Positions 56,243-63,819 of a stretch of 64,000 bases of DNA are shown here, piece by piece (the first letter of the stretch is position 1; every line of letters begins with the position of its first letter). The DNA comes from an uncultured Oscillospiraceae bacterium. GTDB taxonomy: Bacteria > Bacillota > Clostridia > Oscillospirales > Oscillospiraceae. Where the stretch lies: NCBI GenBank assembly GCA_944386995.1, contig CALXDF010000035.1, positions 6,168 through 70,167 on the forward strand, given 5' to 3'. The translations under genes and the position numbers were made by a program. Under the pieces are notes generated by a model. That model worked only from the letters and a program-made list of their open reading frames with translations. It did no database searches and was not told the DNA's origin.

Positions 56243-56303
56243 TTTCTCTGTGCGCCTTTCCAAGCTCCGCCGCCCGCGGGCAGCGAATTGCAACTCCGCC
56301 ATT

Positions 56304-56447
56304 TCCAAGGACATGCGCCCAAAATTCAATCATTTTTCCGGCGATGAAATTTCAATACCCATCATATCCAAGGACATGCGCCTTGGATATGACACCGCTC
56401 GCGAAATTTCCGGCGACAATTTTGCGGAAATCGAGCCGGAAATTTCG
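56304..56447. repeat. Repeat- and palindrome-dense non-coding region
   Basis: TCCAAGGACATGCGCC occurs twice (56304-56319 and 56367-56382). TTCCGGCGA occurs twice (56336 and 56408). The palindromic octamer GAAATTTC occurs three times (56346, 56403, 56439). There is a 10-bp hairpin ATATCCAAGG/CCTTGGATAT (56364-56390) and a 13-bp inverted repeat CGAAATTTCCGGC/GCCGGAAATTTCG (56402-56414 and 56435-56447). Confidence 0.8.
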
Positions 56448-56457
56448 TGTGATCCTC

Positions 56458-56481
56458 AAAAAAGCGGCAAGTCGCTTTTTT
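56458..56481. terminator. Bidirectional rho-independent terminator at the end of the COG0523 operon
   Basis: aaaaaagcg-gcaagt-cgctttttt is a short GC stem flanked by an A6 run and a T6 run, 2 nt after the stop at 56484. Confidence 0.7.
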
Positions 56482-56483
56482 GA

Positions 56484-57419
56484 CTAAAATTGCACTACTT
56501 CCGGCTCCGGCTTCTCACAGGGCCGGATGTCCTTCACCAGCAGCAACGGCCCCGTCTCCCCCTCGTAGAGCTTCCAGGAGCAGCGCCGGACCTGGGCGGT
56601 GATCTCCACCCAGTCCCGGGTCTTGAGGGTGTCCTTCTTCTCCCAGGCGCAGGGCAGGCCGAAGTAGGTGATGTCGTTGGCGCAGCAGACCATGGCGTGG
56701 CGGCCCACGGTGAAGTACTCGCCGAACCGCTTGTCCTGGCAGACCAGGCCCTTGAAGCGCACGGTCTTGTGGAGGTACATGTCCACGTCGTCCATGACCT
56801 CCACGTAAAACACGCCGAAGTCGTCATCGGCGATCTCGATCACGTCCTGACTGAGATCGAAGGCTGACACCGTGCCGTCCCGGTAGTCCTCGGAGCCGCC
56901 CTTCTCATCCTCCAGGAAGATGTCCGCCCGGCGGTTCACCATCCGCAGGTTCCGCTTGCGCAGGGATGCCTTCAGCTCCTGGGTGCAGCGGTTGAAAATG
57001 ATCATATCCGCGTTGCGGATCTTCTCCATCATCATCTGGCCCATATTCTTGGCGTAGAGGTCGAAGGTGTTGGCGTCCACCATGCACATGATCTGATACA
57101 AGATCCAGTTCCCCGGCAGGCGGTTGCAGAAGTCTTCCATAGACCACATGCCGTTGAGCTCCACCAGGATCTGGGTGGGGCGGTACTTCTTTTCCAGGGA
57201 CTGGAAATAGGGGACGGTGAGCTCCTCCAGGTCCTCGCAGGGAACTACGGTGACGCCGTCCAGGGCCCGCTGGTTGTAGGACTCCTCCCCCTCCTCGCAG
57301 GAGAGCAGCAGCGTCCGCTCGCCGTTGGAGAAGCCCTCCTCCAGCACGCCGTTGATAAACTGGGTCTTCCCGCTGTCCAGGAAGCCCACGATCAGATAGA
57401 CCGGAATCTCTCTTGCCAT
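56484..57419 (-). CDS. CobW/COG0523-like GTPase lacking CXCC, fused to a Cys-rich C-terminal domain (DUF1980-C-like?)
   Basis: 311 aa. Walker A is VGFLDSGKT and the CobW-like fold runs to about residue 190. The position of the metal-binding GCxCC reads LLLSCEEGEE. The C-terminal ~110 aa contain FTVGRHAMVCCANDITYFGLPC, which resembles the R..(I/M)(T/S)CCAADA..G motif of the DUF1980/TIGR03943 C-terminal domains as I recall them. Confidence 0.7.
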   Translation of the reverse strand: MAREIPVYLIVGFLDSGKTQFINGVLEEGFSNGERTLLLSCEEGEESYNQRALDGVTVVPCEDLEELTVPYFQSLEKKYRPTQILVELNGMWSMEDFCNRLPGNWILYQIMCMVDANTFDLYAKNMGQMMMEKIRNADMIIFNRCTQELKASLRKRNLRMVNRRADIFLEDEKGGSEDYRDGTVSAFDLSQDVIEIADDDFGVFYVEVMDDVDMYLHKTVRFKGLVCQDKRFGEYFTVGRHAMVCCANDITYFGLPCAWEKKDTLKTRDWVEITAQVRRCSWKLYEGETGPLLLVKDIRPCEKPEPEVVQF

Positions 57420-57429
57420 GGCGAAATCC

Positions 57430-58581
57430 TCACACCCCGAACAGGGCCTTCAGGCCGTCCTCGCTGAGCTGGGAGCCGATGACACACAGCCGTCCGGTGA
57501 CATCCGCTGCCCCGTGGCGGATCTCCAGATCCCCGGGGACGAAGTCGAAGTGGAGCCAAACGCCGTCCCCAGCCGGGACGATGCCCTTGGCGCGGAGGAC
57601 CGCGCCGTATTTCCCGGTGTCCAGCGCCTCCAGAGCCGTGCGGATCTCCGCCTCGGTAAAGGTCCGGGGCGTCTCCACGCCCCAGCTGGAGAACACCTCG
57701 TCGGCGTGGTGGCCGTGGTGATGGTGGTGGTGGTGGTGGTCGTGGCAGCCGCAGGTGCAGTTCTCGTCATGCACATGGTGGTCATGGCCCTCCTCGTGGT
57801 GGTCATGATCCTGGTGGTGCTCGCAGCACTCGCCATGGCCGTCGTGGTCATGGTGATGATGTTCATGGTCGTGGTCATGGTCGTGATCGTGGCCGCAGCA
57901 GCAGTCCTCGTCGTGGTGGTGGTCGTGGTCATGCTCCTCGTGCCCGTGGCGCCGCTCCTCCATGAGCTCCGCGGCCAGATCGTTGGTCTTCTCCATGGCA
58001 GCAAGGATCTGCTTGCCGTCCAGGGTGTCCCAGGGGGTGGTGATAATGGTGGCCTTGGGATTCTTCTCCCGCAGCAGCGCCACCGCCTCGGAGAGCTTCT
58101 CCTGTGTGAGCTTCTGGGTGCGGCTGAGGACGATGGTTCCGGCGTTCTCCACCTGGTTGTTATAGAATTCGCCGAAGTTCTTCATATAGGACCTGCACTT
58201 GGTGGCGTCGGCCACGGTGATGGCGCTGCCCAGCACCATCTCCGGCTCGCTCTCCGCCACACCCACCACGGCCTTCGTCACGTCGGAGAGCTTGCCGACC
58301 CCGGAGGGCTCGATGAGGATGCGGTCCGGGTGGAACTGCTCCTGCACCTTGTGCAGGGCGGCACCGAAATCCCCCACCAGGGAGCAGCAGATGCACCCGG
58401 AGTTCATCTCCGAGATCTCGATGCCCGCGTCCTTGAGAAATCCGCCGTCGATGCCGATCTCGCCGAACTCGTTCTCAATGAGGACCACCTTCTCGCCCTG
58501 GATGGCCTCCTCCAGGAGCTTTTTGATCAGCGTCGTCTTTCCAGCCCCCAAAAAGCCGGAAATCACATCAATTTTTGTCAT
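57430..58581 (-). CDS. COG0523-family metallochaperone GTPase (CobW/YciC/ZigA-like) with long His/Asp/Cys-rich insert
   Basis: 383 aa. Walker A is SGFLGAGKTT and the metal motif is GCICCS. An ~80-residue H/D/E/C-rich tract spans residues ~212-292, followed by a CobW C-terminal domain. Confidence 0.88.
   Translation of the reverse strand: MTKIDVISGFLGAGKTTLIKKLLEEAIQGEKVVLIENEFGEIGIDGGFLKDAGIEISEMNSGCICCSLVGDFGAALHKVQEQFHPDRILIEPSGVGKLSDVTKAVVGVAESEPEMVLGSAITVADATKCRSYMKNFGEFYNNQVENAGTIVLSRTQKLTQEKLSEAVALLREKNPKATIITTPWDTLDGKQILAAMEKTNDLAAELMEERRHGHEEHDHDHHHDEDCCCGHDHDHDHDHEHHHHDHDGHGECCEHHQDHDHHEEGHDHHVHDENCTCGCHDHHHHHHHHGHHADEVFSSWGVETPRTFTEAEIRTALEALDTGKYGAVLRAKGIVPAGDGVWLHFDFVPGDLEIRHGAADVTGRLCVIGSQLSEDGLKALFGV
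57706..57948 (-). repeat. Low-complexity His/Asp/Glu/Cys-coding tract (CAC/CAT/GAC-rich)
   Basis: It encodes HGHEEHDHDHHHDEDCCCGHDHDHDHDHEHHHHDHDGHGECCEHHQDHDHHEEGHDHHVHDENCTCGCHDHHHHHHHHGHH. The plus strand shows gtggtg/gtcgtg runs. Confidence 0.85.
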
Positions 58582-58716
58582 ATGCTACGCCTCGTTTCAA
58601 AATCTAAAATGTTTCACTTTCCTTCTCTCACCTCCCCTATCCTACACTTTTTTCAAAAAAAAACAAGGGGGACCGCGCAGATTTTCAGAAATTTCTCGCC
58701 GAACGTCAAATAAAGG

Positions 58717-58746
58717 TTGCCGACTCCCACCGCTATGTACTATAAT
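58717..58746 (+). promoter_or_regulatory. SigmaA-type promoter candidate for the ZIP transporter gene
   Basis: TTGCCG (58717-58722), an 18-nt spacer, then TATAAT (58741-58746). This leaves a leader of about 95 nt. Confidence 0.4.
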
Positions 58747-58848
58747 AAAATCAACGTAAAATAAGATGGCTGAACAGCCTGTCGGAGGGGACTTACGGTC
58801 CTCCTGCTGATCTTCCCATTCGTCTTCCACATAAGAGAGGAGTTTTTC

Positions 58849-59640
58849 ATGGACTCACCCATTTTATGGGCGGCCGCCGGTACCGGCTTTACATTTCTGA
58901 TGACGGCCTTTGGTGCCTCCCTGGTCTTTTTCTTCCGAAAGAATATCAATCCGAGTACCCAGCGGGTCTTTCTGGGCTTTGCCGCAGGCGTCATGACCGC
59001 CGCCTCCGTGTGGAGCCTCTTGATTCCCGCCATCGAGGATGCACAGGCTGCCGGAGGTTCCGGACTGCTCCCCGCTGCCGGCGGCTTTATTCTCGGTGTC
59101 CTGTTCCTTCTTCTGATGGATCATGTGATGCCCCACCTGCACCTGGGAGAACAGCAGGCAGAGGGGCCCTGCTGCGCCTGGAAACGGACCACGCTCCTGG
59201 TTCTGGCGGTGACGCTGCACAACATTCCCGAGGGGATGGCCGTGGGCCTCTCCTTTGCCATGGCCGCCCAGCATGGCGACAGCGCCTCTATGGCCGGCGC
59301 CATGGCGCTGGCCCTGGGGATGGGCATCCAGAATTTTCCGGAGGGCGCGGCTGTCTCCCTCCCCTTGCGTCAAGAGGGCGTTTCCTCCATGAAGGCATTT
59401 CTGATGGGGAGCCTTTCCGGCATCGTGGAGTTGATCTTCGGCGTCCTGGTGGTACTGATCGCCGGCAGCGTACAGCCCCTGATGCCATGGATGCTGTCCT
59501 TTGCCGCCGGTTCTATGATGTACGTAGTCATTGAGGAACTGGTGCCGGAGGCCCATCTGGGCGAGCATTCCCATAGCGGCACCATCAGTACCTTGTGCGG
59601 CTTTTTGGTGATGATGGTCCTGGACGTAGCCCTGGGATAA
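58849..59640 (+). CDS. ZIP-family divalent metal (zinc) transporter, ZupT-like
   Basis: 263 aa, about 8 TM helices. It has the HNIPEGMAVG signature, and a second one, QNFPEGAAV. GAGGAG lies upstream. Confidence 0.85.
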   Translation: MDSPILWAAAGTGFTFLMTAFGASLVFFFRKNINPSTQRVFLGFAAGVMTAASVWSLLIPAIEDAQAAGGSGLLPAAGGFILGVLFLLLMDHVMPHLHLGEQQAEGPCCAWKRTTLLVLAVTLHNIPEGMAVGLSFAMAAQHGDSASMAGAMALALGMGIQNFPEGAAVSLPLRQEGVSSMKAFLMGSLSGIVELIFGVLVVLIAGSVQPLMPWMLSFAAGSMMYVVIEELVPEAHLGEHSHSGTISTLCGFLVMMVLDVALG

Positions 59641-59693
59641 CAAAGAGCAACGATTTTTCAAATATTCAAGAAGAAAAGAGAAGGAGATTTGCC

Positions 59694-60869
59694 ATGATGC
59701 AGTATGATTTTGACCGGATCGTGGATCGGGAAGGTACTTCCGCCGCAAAATATGATGAGCGGGTAAAGAATTTTGGAACAGACCAGGTAATCCCCCTCTG
59801 GATCGCAGACATGGACTTCCCCACCGCGCCTCCTGTTGTGGACGCGCTCGTCAAACGGGCGCAGGAAGGGATCTGGGGCTACACCTCCCGTCCGGATTCC
59901 TATTTTCAGGCGGTGTGCGGCTGGCAGGAACGGCGCAACGGCTGGAAGATCGACCCTGCCTGCTGCTCCTATGCATTGGGCGTGATCCCTGCCATCGGCT
60001 CCATGATCCAGTACATGACCGCTCCCGGCGACCGCATCTTGATCCAGTCCCCGGTATACGGCGACTTTTTTGACATTATCCATGACAACAACCGGACCAT
60101 CGTGGAGAACAAGATGATCGCCAATGGCGACGGTACCTGGAGTGTGGATTGGGCAGACTTCGAGGCGAAGATCAAAACAGTGAAGATGTTCCTTCTGTGC
60201 AGTCCCCACAACCCGCTGGGCATTGTCTGGCAACGGGAGGAACTGGAGAAGATGGTCTCCCTGGCCAAGGCCAACGGCGTGATCCTGATCTCCGATGAGA
60301 TCCACTCTGATCTGATCTTCAACGGCAAAAAACACATCCCTGCAGCCTCTCTCTCCCCGGAGGCCGCCGGCTATGTCATCACCTGCATCTCTGCCACCAA
60401 GACCTTCAACATGGCGGGACTCCAGGCCAGCACTACCGTGTTCCCCACCGTGGAAATGAAAGCCCAATTCGACCGTTTCTGGCGCAATCTGGAGATCCAC
60501 CGCAACAACGCTTTCAGCCTTATCGCCGTGGAGACCGCCTACCGGGAGGGGGAGGCGTGGCTGGAGCAGCTCAAGGTCTACCTCCGAGATAACTTCCAGT
60601 TCGTCCATGACTACTGTGCGCAGCAGATCCCCGCTGTCAAAGCCCATATCCCCGACGCCACCTACCTCATGTGGCTGGACTGCCGGGAACTGGGCATGGA
60701 TCAGGATGCACTGGCAAAGTTTATGATCGAAAAGGCCGGACTGGGCCTCTCCAACGGAAAGGGCTTTGCCCCCAGCCTGGCGGGTTACATGCGCCTGAAT
60801 GCCGCCTGTCCCCGCTCTACGCTGGAAAGGGCCATGAAACAGCTGGAGGCCGCTGTCAAGGCGCTGTAA
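59694..60869 (+). CDS. patB: MalY/PatB-family PLP-dependent C-S lyase (cystathionine beta-lyase)
   Basis: 391 aa from ATG 59694, behind GAAGGAG. YDFDRIVDREGTSAAKYD...IPLWIADMDF is the typical PatB N-terminus. The PLP-Lys block is SATKTFN. Confidence 0.85.
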   Translation: MMQYDFDRIVDREGTSAAKYDERVKNFGTDQVIPLWIADMDFPTAPPVVDALVKRAQEGIWGYTSRPDSYFQAVCGWQERRNGWKIDPACCSYALGVIPAIGSMIQYMTAPGDRILIQSPVYGDFFDIIHDNNRTIVENKMIANGDGTWSVDWADFEAKIKTVKMFLLCSPHNPLGIVWQREELEKMVSLAKANGVILISDEIHSDLIFNGKKHIPAASLSPEAAGYVITCISATKTFNMAGLQASTTVFPTVEMKAQFDRFWRNLEIHRNNAFSLIAVETAYREGEAWLEQLKVYLRDNFQFVHDYCAQQIPAVKAHIPDATYLMWLDCRELGMDQDALAKFMIEKAGLGLSNGKGFAPSLAGYMRLNAACPRSTLERAMKQLEAAVKAL

Positions 60870-60897
60870 ATACGAATCCACCCCTCTCGAAATAAAA

Positions 60898-60937
60898 AGA
60901 GGGACAGGAGCAGCCATTGGATTGCCCCTGTCCCTCT
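60898..60937. terminator. Terminator hairpin shared by convergent patB and malQ
   Basis: 11-bp stem agagggacagg / cctgtccctct with an 18-nt loop, followed by TTCTTCTTTC on the plus strand. Confidence 0.55.
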
Positions 60938-61014
60938 TTCTTCTTTCATGTCATGGTCTGCAGGATTCCGGCAGAAAACGGCAATCACAATAACCGCGCT
61001 TCCTGTTCCGCCTC

Positions 61015-62493
61015 TTATCCGCGTCCATACATTCTTGTGCACCGCGCGATCTTCTCAATCAGAGCCTTATCCAATTCCCCAGGCAGCAGACGCCAGCGCC
61101 AGTTACCCCGGGTCGTTCCCGGCTCGTTCATCCGCCCTTCCGCTCCAAGCTCCAGATAATCCTGGATCTGGACGATAAAGATCCCCGCCACACTGCGCAT
61201 CCCGGCCCGAAGGACCGCCCAGTTGAGCGGTGTCTCCTGCCCGATCCCAAGATACTCCCGCGCATAGGCCAAGGTCTCCTCCGTCGCCCCAGCCTCCCAT
61301 TGGAGCAGCGTCTCATTGTCGTGAGTTCCGGCGTAGCAGACGCAATTGGGCGTGTAAGTGTGGGGAAGATAGTTGCTGGGCTCCCGGGGATCAAAGGCGA
61401 ATTCCAGCACCTTCATCCCGGGAAGGCCGGAGTCCTCCAGGAGCTTGTGAACCTCTGACGTCAAGAATCCAAGATCCTCGGCAATAAAACGCAGGCCGTG
61501 GAACCAACTGGTAAGCACGCCAACCAACTCCATCCCGGGCCCCTTGCGCCATCGGCCGTTCCGAGCAGTCTTTTCCCCATAGGGTACCGCCCAGTAGCTC
61601 TCCAGACCACGAAAATGGTCGATCCGTATCACATCGAACAAACGGGAGGCGCCCTCCACCCGGCGGATCCACCATCCAAAGCCATCCGCCTTCATCCGGT
61701 CATAGTTGTAGAGCGGATTCCCCCACAGCTGTCCGTCGGCAGTGAAATAATCCGGCGGAACCCCGGCAACCTCCACCGGGCGGTTGTCGCTGTCCAACTG
61801 GAAAAACTCCGGCTCTGCCCACACGTCGGCACTGTCCATGGCCACATAGATCGGCAGATCTCCGATGATCTGAATGCCCAGGCCGTTGACATACTCCCTG
61901 AGCTTCCCCCACTGCCGGAAAAACAAATACTGGAGATATATATAGAATCGAATATCCTCCTCCAGAAGCTTCTCATACCGCGCCACTGCCGCCGGACGGT
62001 GGCGGGCAATCTCCCGATCCTCCCATTCCAGCCAGCTCTTCATGCCAAAGCGGCTTTTCAGTGCCATAAACAGCGCATAGTCCCGCACCCAGCGGTTTCC
62101 CTGTATAAATTCATCCACCGCCGCCCGGTCCCGGGGATATCCCTTCTCAAAAGCCCGGCGCAGCACCCTGAACCGGGAAGTATAAATCTTCCCATAGTCC
62201 ACATAGCGCGGAGACTCTCCCCAATCCACCTTCTGCAAATCCCGCCTATCCAGCAGGCCCTCTGCCGTCAGCAACTCCAGATCAATGAAATAGGGGTTCC
62301 CGGCAAAGGTGGAAAAGCTCTGGTAAGGGCTGTCCCCATAACTGGTTGGTCCCAGGGGCAACACCTGCCAATAGGTCTGATGCGCCGCTTTCAAGGCATC
62401 CGCAAAGCGATACGCCTCCCTGCCCAGGGTGCCAATGCCGTATTTCGACGGCAAAGAAGATATCGGCAGCAAAATGCCGCTGTTGCGCTCCAT
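61015..62493 (-). CDS. malQ: 4-alpha-glucanotransferase (amylomaltase, GH77)
   Basis: 492 aa. GILLPISSLPS.YGIG......F......G...WQVLPLGPT.YGDSPYQS.S.FAGNP.FIDLE is the canonical MalQ N-terminus. DHFRG is the catalytic block. Confidence 0.92.
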   Translation of the reverse strand: MERNSGILLPISSLPSKYGIGTLGREAYRFADALKAAHQTYWQVLPLGPTSYGDSPYQSFSTFAGNPYFIDLELLTAEGLLDRRDLQKVDWGESPRYVDYGKIYTSRFRVLRRAFEKGYPRDRAAVDEFIQGNRWVRDYALFMALKSRFGMKSWLEWEDREIARHRPAAVARYEKLLEEDIRFYIYLQYLFFRQWGKLREYVNGLGIQIIGDLPIYVAMDSADVWAEPEFFQLDSDNRPVEVAGVPPDYFTADGQLWGNPLYNYDRMKADGFGWWIRRVEGASRLFDVIRIDHFRGLESYWAVPYGEKTARNGRWRKGPGMELVGVLTSWFHGLRFIAEDLGFLTSEVHKLLEDSGLPGMKVLEFAFDPREPSNYLPHTYTPNCVCYAGTHDNETLLQWEAGATEETLAYAREYLGIGQETPLNWAVLRAGMRSVAGIFIVQIQDYLELGAEGRMNEPGTTRGNWRWRLLPGELDKALIEKIARCTRMYGRG

Positions 62494-62508
62494 ATGTTCT
62501 CACTCTCT

Positions 62509-63534
62509 CTACTCTCTATTTTTTATAACACGCCGCACGGATCCGCCGGGCTGCAGCCGGGCCTCCAGACGGATATGCCGCGGCATACCCCCGCCCTCTA
62601 CCATGTCCAGGAGCAATGCTGCGGCCTTCTCCCCCATCTGCGCTGCCGGCTGCTCCAAAGTCGTCAGCGTCGGAATAGTGTAGTTGGACAACGGGAGCCC
62701 GTCGATGGCGATAACGGAGCAGTCCTGCGGAACCCGGCGGCCGTGATCTGTCAGCGCCTTGATCACGGCCATGGCCATCATATCCGACAGGGCAAAAACT
62801 GCGGTAAACTCCTCTTCCCGCCGCAGCAGTTCCTCCACCCCCCGGTAGGCCTCCGCCATGCCGAAGCTTCCGGTCTCTGCCACCAGGCGGCTGTCAATTG
62901 GAATCCCATGGGCCTCCAGCGCGGCGCAGTAGCCACGGTAGCGCAGCTCGCTGATCGAACGGTCAGAGCAGCCTGCCACCACGGCGGCGATCCGCCGGTG
63001 TCCGGAACAGATCAGATGCTCCACCGCCTGTCTGGCGGCACTCTGGTCATCAATGGAAACGGAGGAGTAATCCTCTTCCCCAAGGTCGCCGAACCAATTG
63101 GTATATGTACAACAGACATAAGGGACATTGATAACAGACATTTCCTGCCGGGTATAATCGAACCGCCCTCCCAGGAACAACAATCCCTGAAGTTTTTTCT
63201 CCCGTTCCAGGATCGCACCGGTCTTGACCTCATCCGCCCCGCTCTCGATCTGGCGCAGAATCATCCGGAATCCCCTGGCCTCGATCTTTTGAGCGGCTGC
63301 ACGGAGGACCTGGCTGAAAAACAGGTTGGACGTTCCGCGCACCACTACGCCGATGGCGTCGCTGCTGGAGCGGACCAAATCCCGAGCGCTGTTGTTGGGG
63401 ATGTATCTGCATTCCTCCACAACCGCCAGAATTTTCCCGCGCATCTCGTCACTGACATCCGGCCGGCCATTAATGGCCCGCGAAACCGTGCTGACACTGA
63501 CGCCGCACTTCCTGGCAATATCCTTAATGGTCAT
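62509..63534 (-). CDS. LacI-family transcriptional regulator
   Basis: 341 aa from ATG 63534, behind GGAGGG. MTIKDIARKCGVSVSTVSRAING is the HTH. The stop lies 15 nt upstream of the malQ start. The ORF-track start at 63738 is an extension. Confidence 0.88.
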   Translation of the reverse strand: MTIKDIARKCGVSVSTVSRAINGRPDVSDEMRGKILAVVEECRYIPNNSARDLVRSSSDAIGVVVRGTSNLFFSQVLRAAAQKIEARGFRMILRQIESGADEVKTGAILEREKKLQGLLFLGGRFDYTRQEMSVINVPYVCCTYTNWFGDLGEEDYSSVSIDDQSAARQAVEHLICSGHRRIAAVVAGCSDRSISELRYRGYCAALEAHGIPIDSRLVAETGSFGMAEAYRGVEELLRREEEFTAVFALSDMMAMAVIKALTDHGRRVPQDCSVIAIDGLPLSNYTIPTLTTLEQPAAQMGEKAAALLLDMVEGGGMPRHIRLEARLQPGGSVRRVIKNRE

Positions 63535-63566
63535 CTCGTCCCTCCCCGCTCTCTTCCGCAGATGAG

Positions 63567-63580
63567 TGGAAACGTTTTCA
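63567..63580. promoter_or_regulatory. cre-like / LacI-family operator palindrome
   Basis: TGGAAACGTTTTCA fits the TGNAANCGNWNNCA pattern. It lies just downstream of the predicted TSS of lacI-malQ. Confidence 0.5.
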
Positions 63581-63595
63581 GCCTTCCAGTTTCCC

Positions 63596-63624
63596 ATCAT
63601 AGCAACTGTCAGCATTTTTGTCAA
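63596..63624 (-). promoter_or_regulatory. SigmaA-type promoter of lacI-malQ
   Basis: On the minus strand: TTGACA (63619-63624), a 17-nt spacer, then TATGAT (63596-63601). Confidence 0.6.
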
Positions 63625-63819
63625 CTTCAACCTGATTTTTTTGTTCATTTTTAGATATTTCGTCAAAATCCATTCAGAGTGTTTATGAGATGTCACAATA
63701 ACTGACAGGTCTTCCTCTGGTGCCGGAAAAAGATTCATAAAAAATTCACGTGCAAGACGGTTGCGTCCGCCTTGGCAGATGCAGTATACTACACCTGTAC
63801 AGAAAAGAGGGGATCAACA

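Noticed and set aside
56304-56382. Possible CRISPR-like array
   Set aside because: There are only two copies of a 16-nt repeat with a 47-nt interval. There is no third unit, no cas genes, and the repeat length is too short.
56205-56483. 92-aa plus-strand ORF with internal peptide repeats (ISKDMRP/ISKDMRL, EISGD)
   Set aside because: The peptide repeats are simply the translation of nucleotide repeats and palindromes. There is no RBS and no promoter, and the ORF ends inside a terminator stem. I treat it as non-coding repeat DNA (see the finding).
58582-58848. Zur box or metal riboswitch in the COG0523/ZIP divergent region and the ~95-nt ZIP leader
   Set aside because: There is no TCGTAAT-N-ATTACGA-type palindrome. 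The GTTTCA-N11-GTTTCA direct repeat (58594-58617) and the small GGAGG...CCTCC hairpin (58785-58805) do not match any riboswitch or operator I can name. I left this as 'not recognised' rather than claiming a site.
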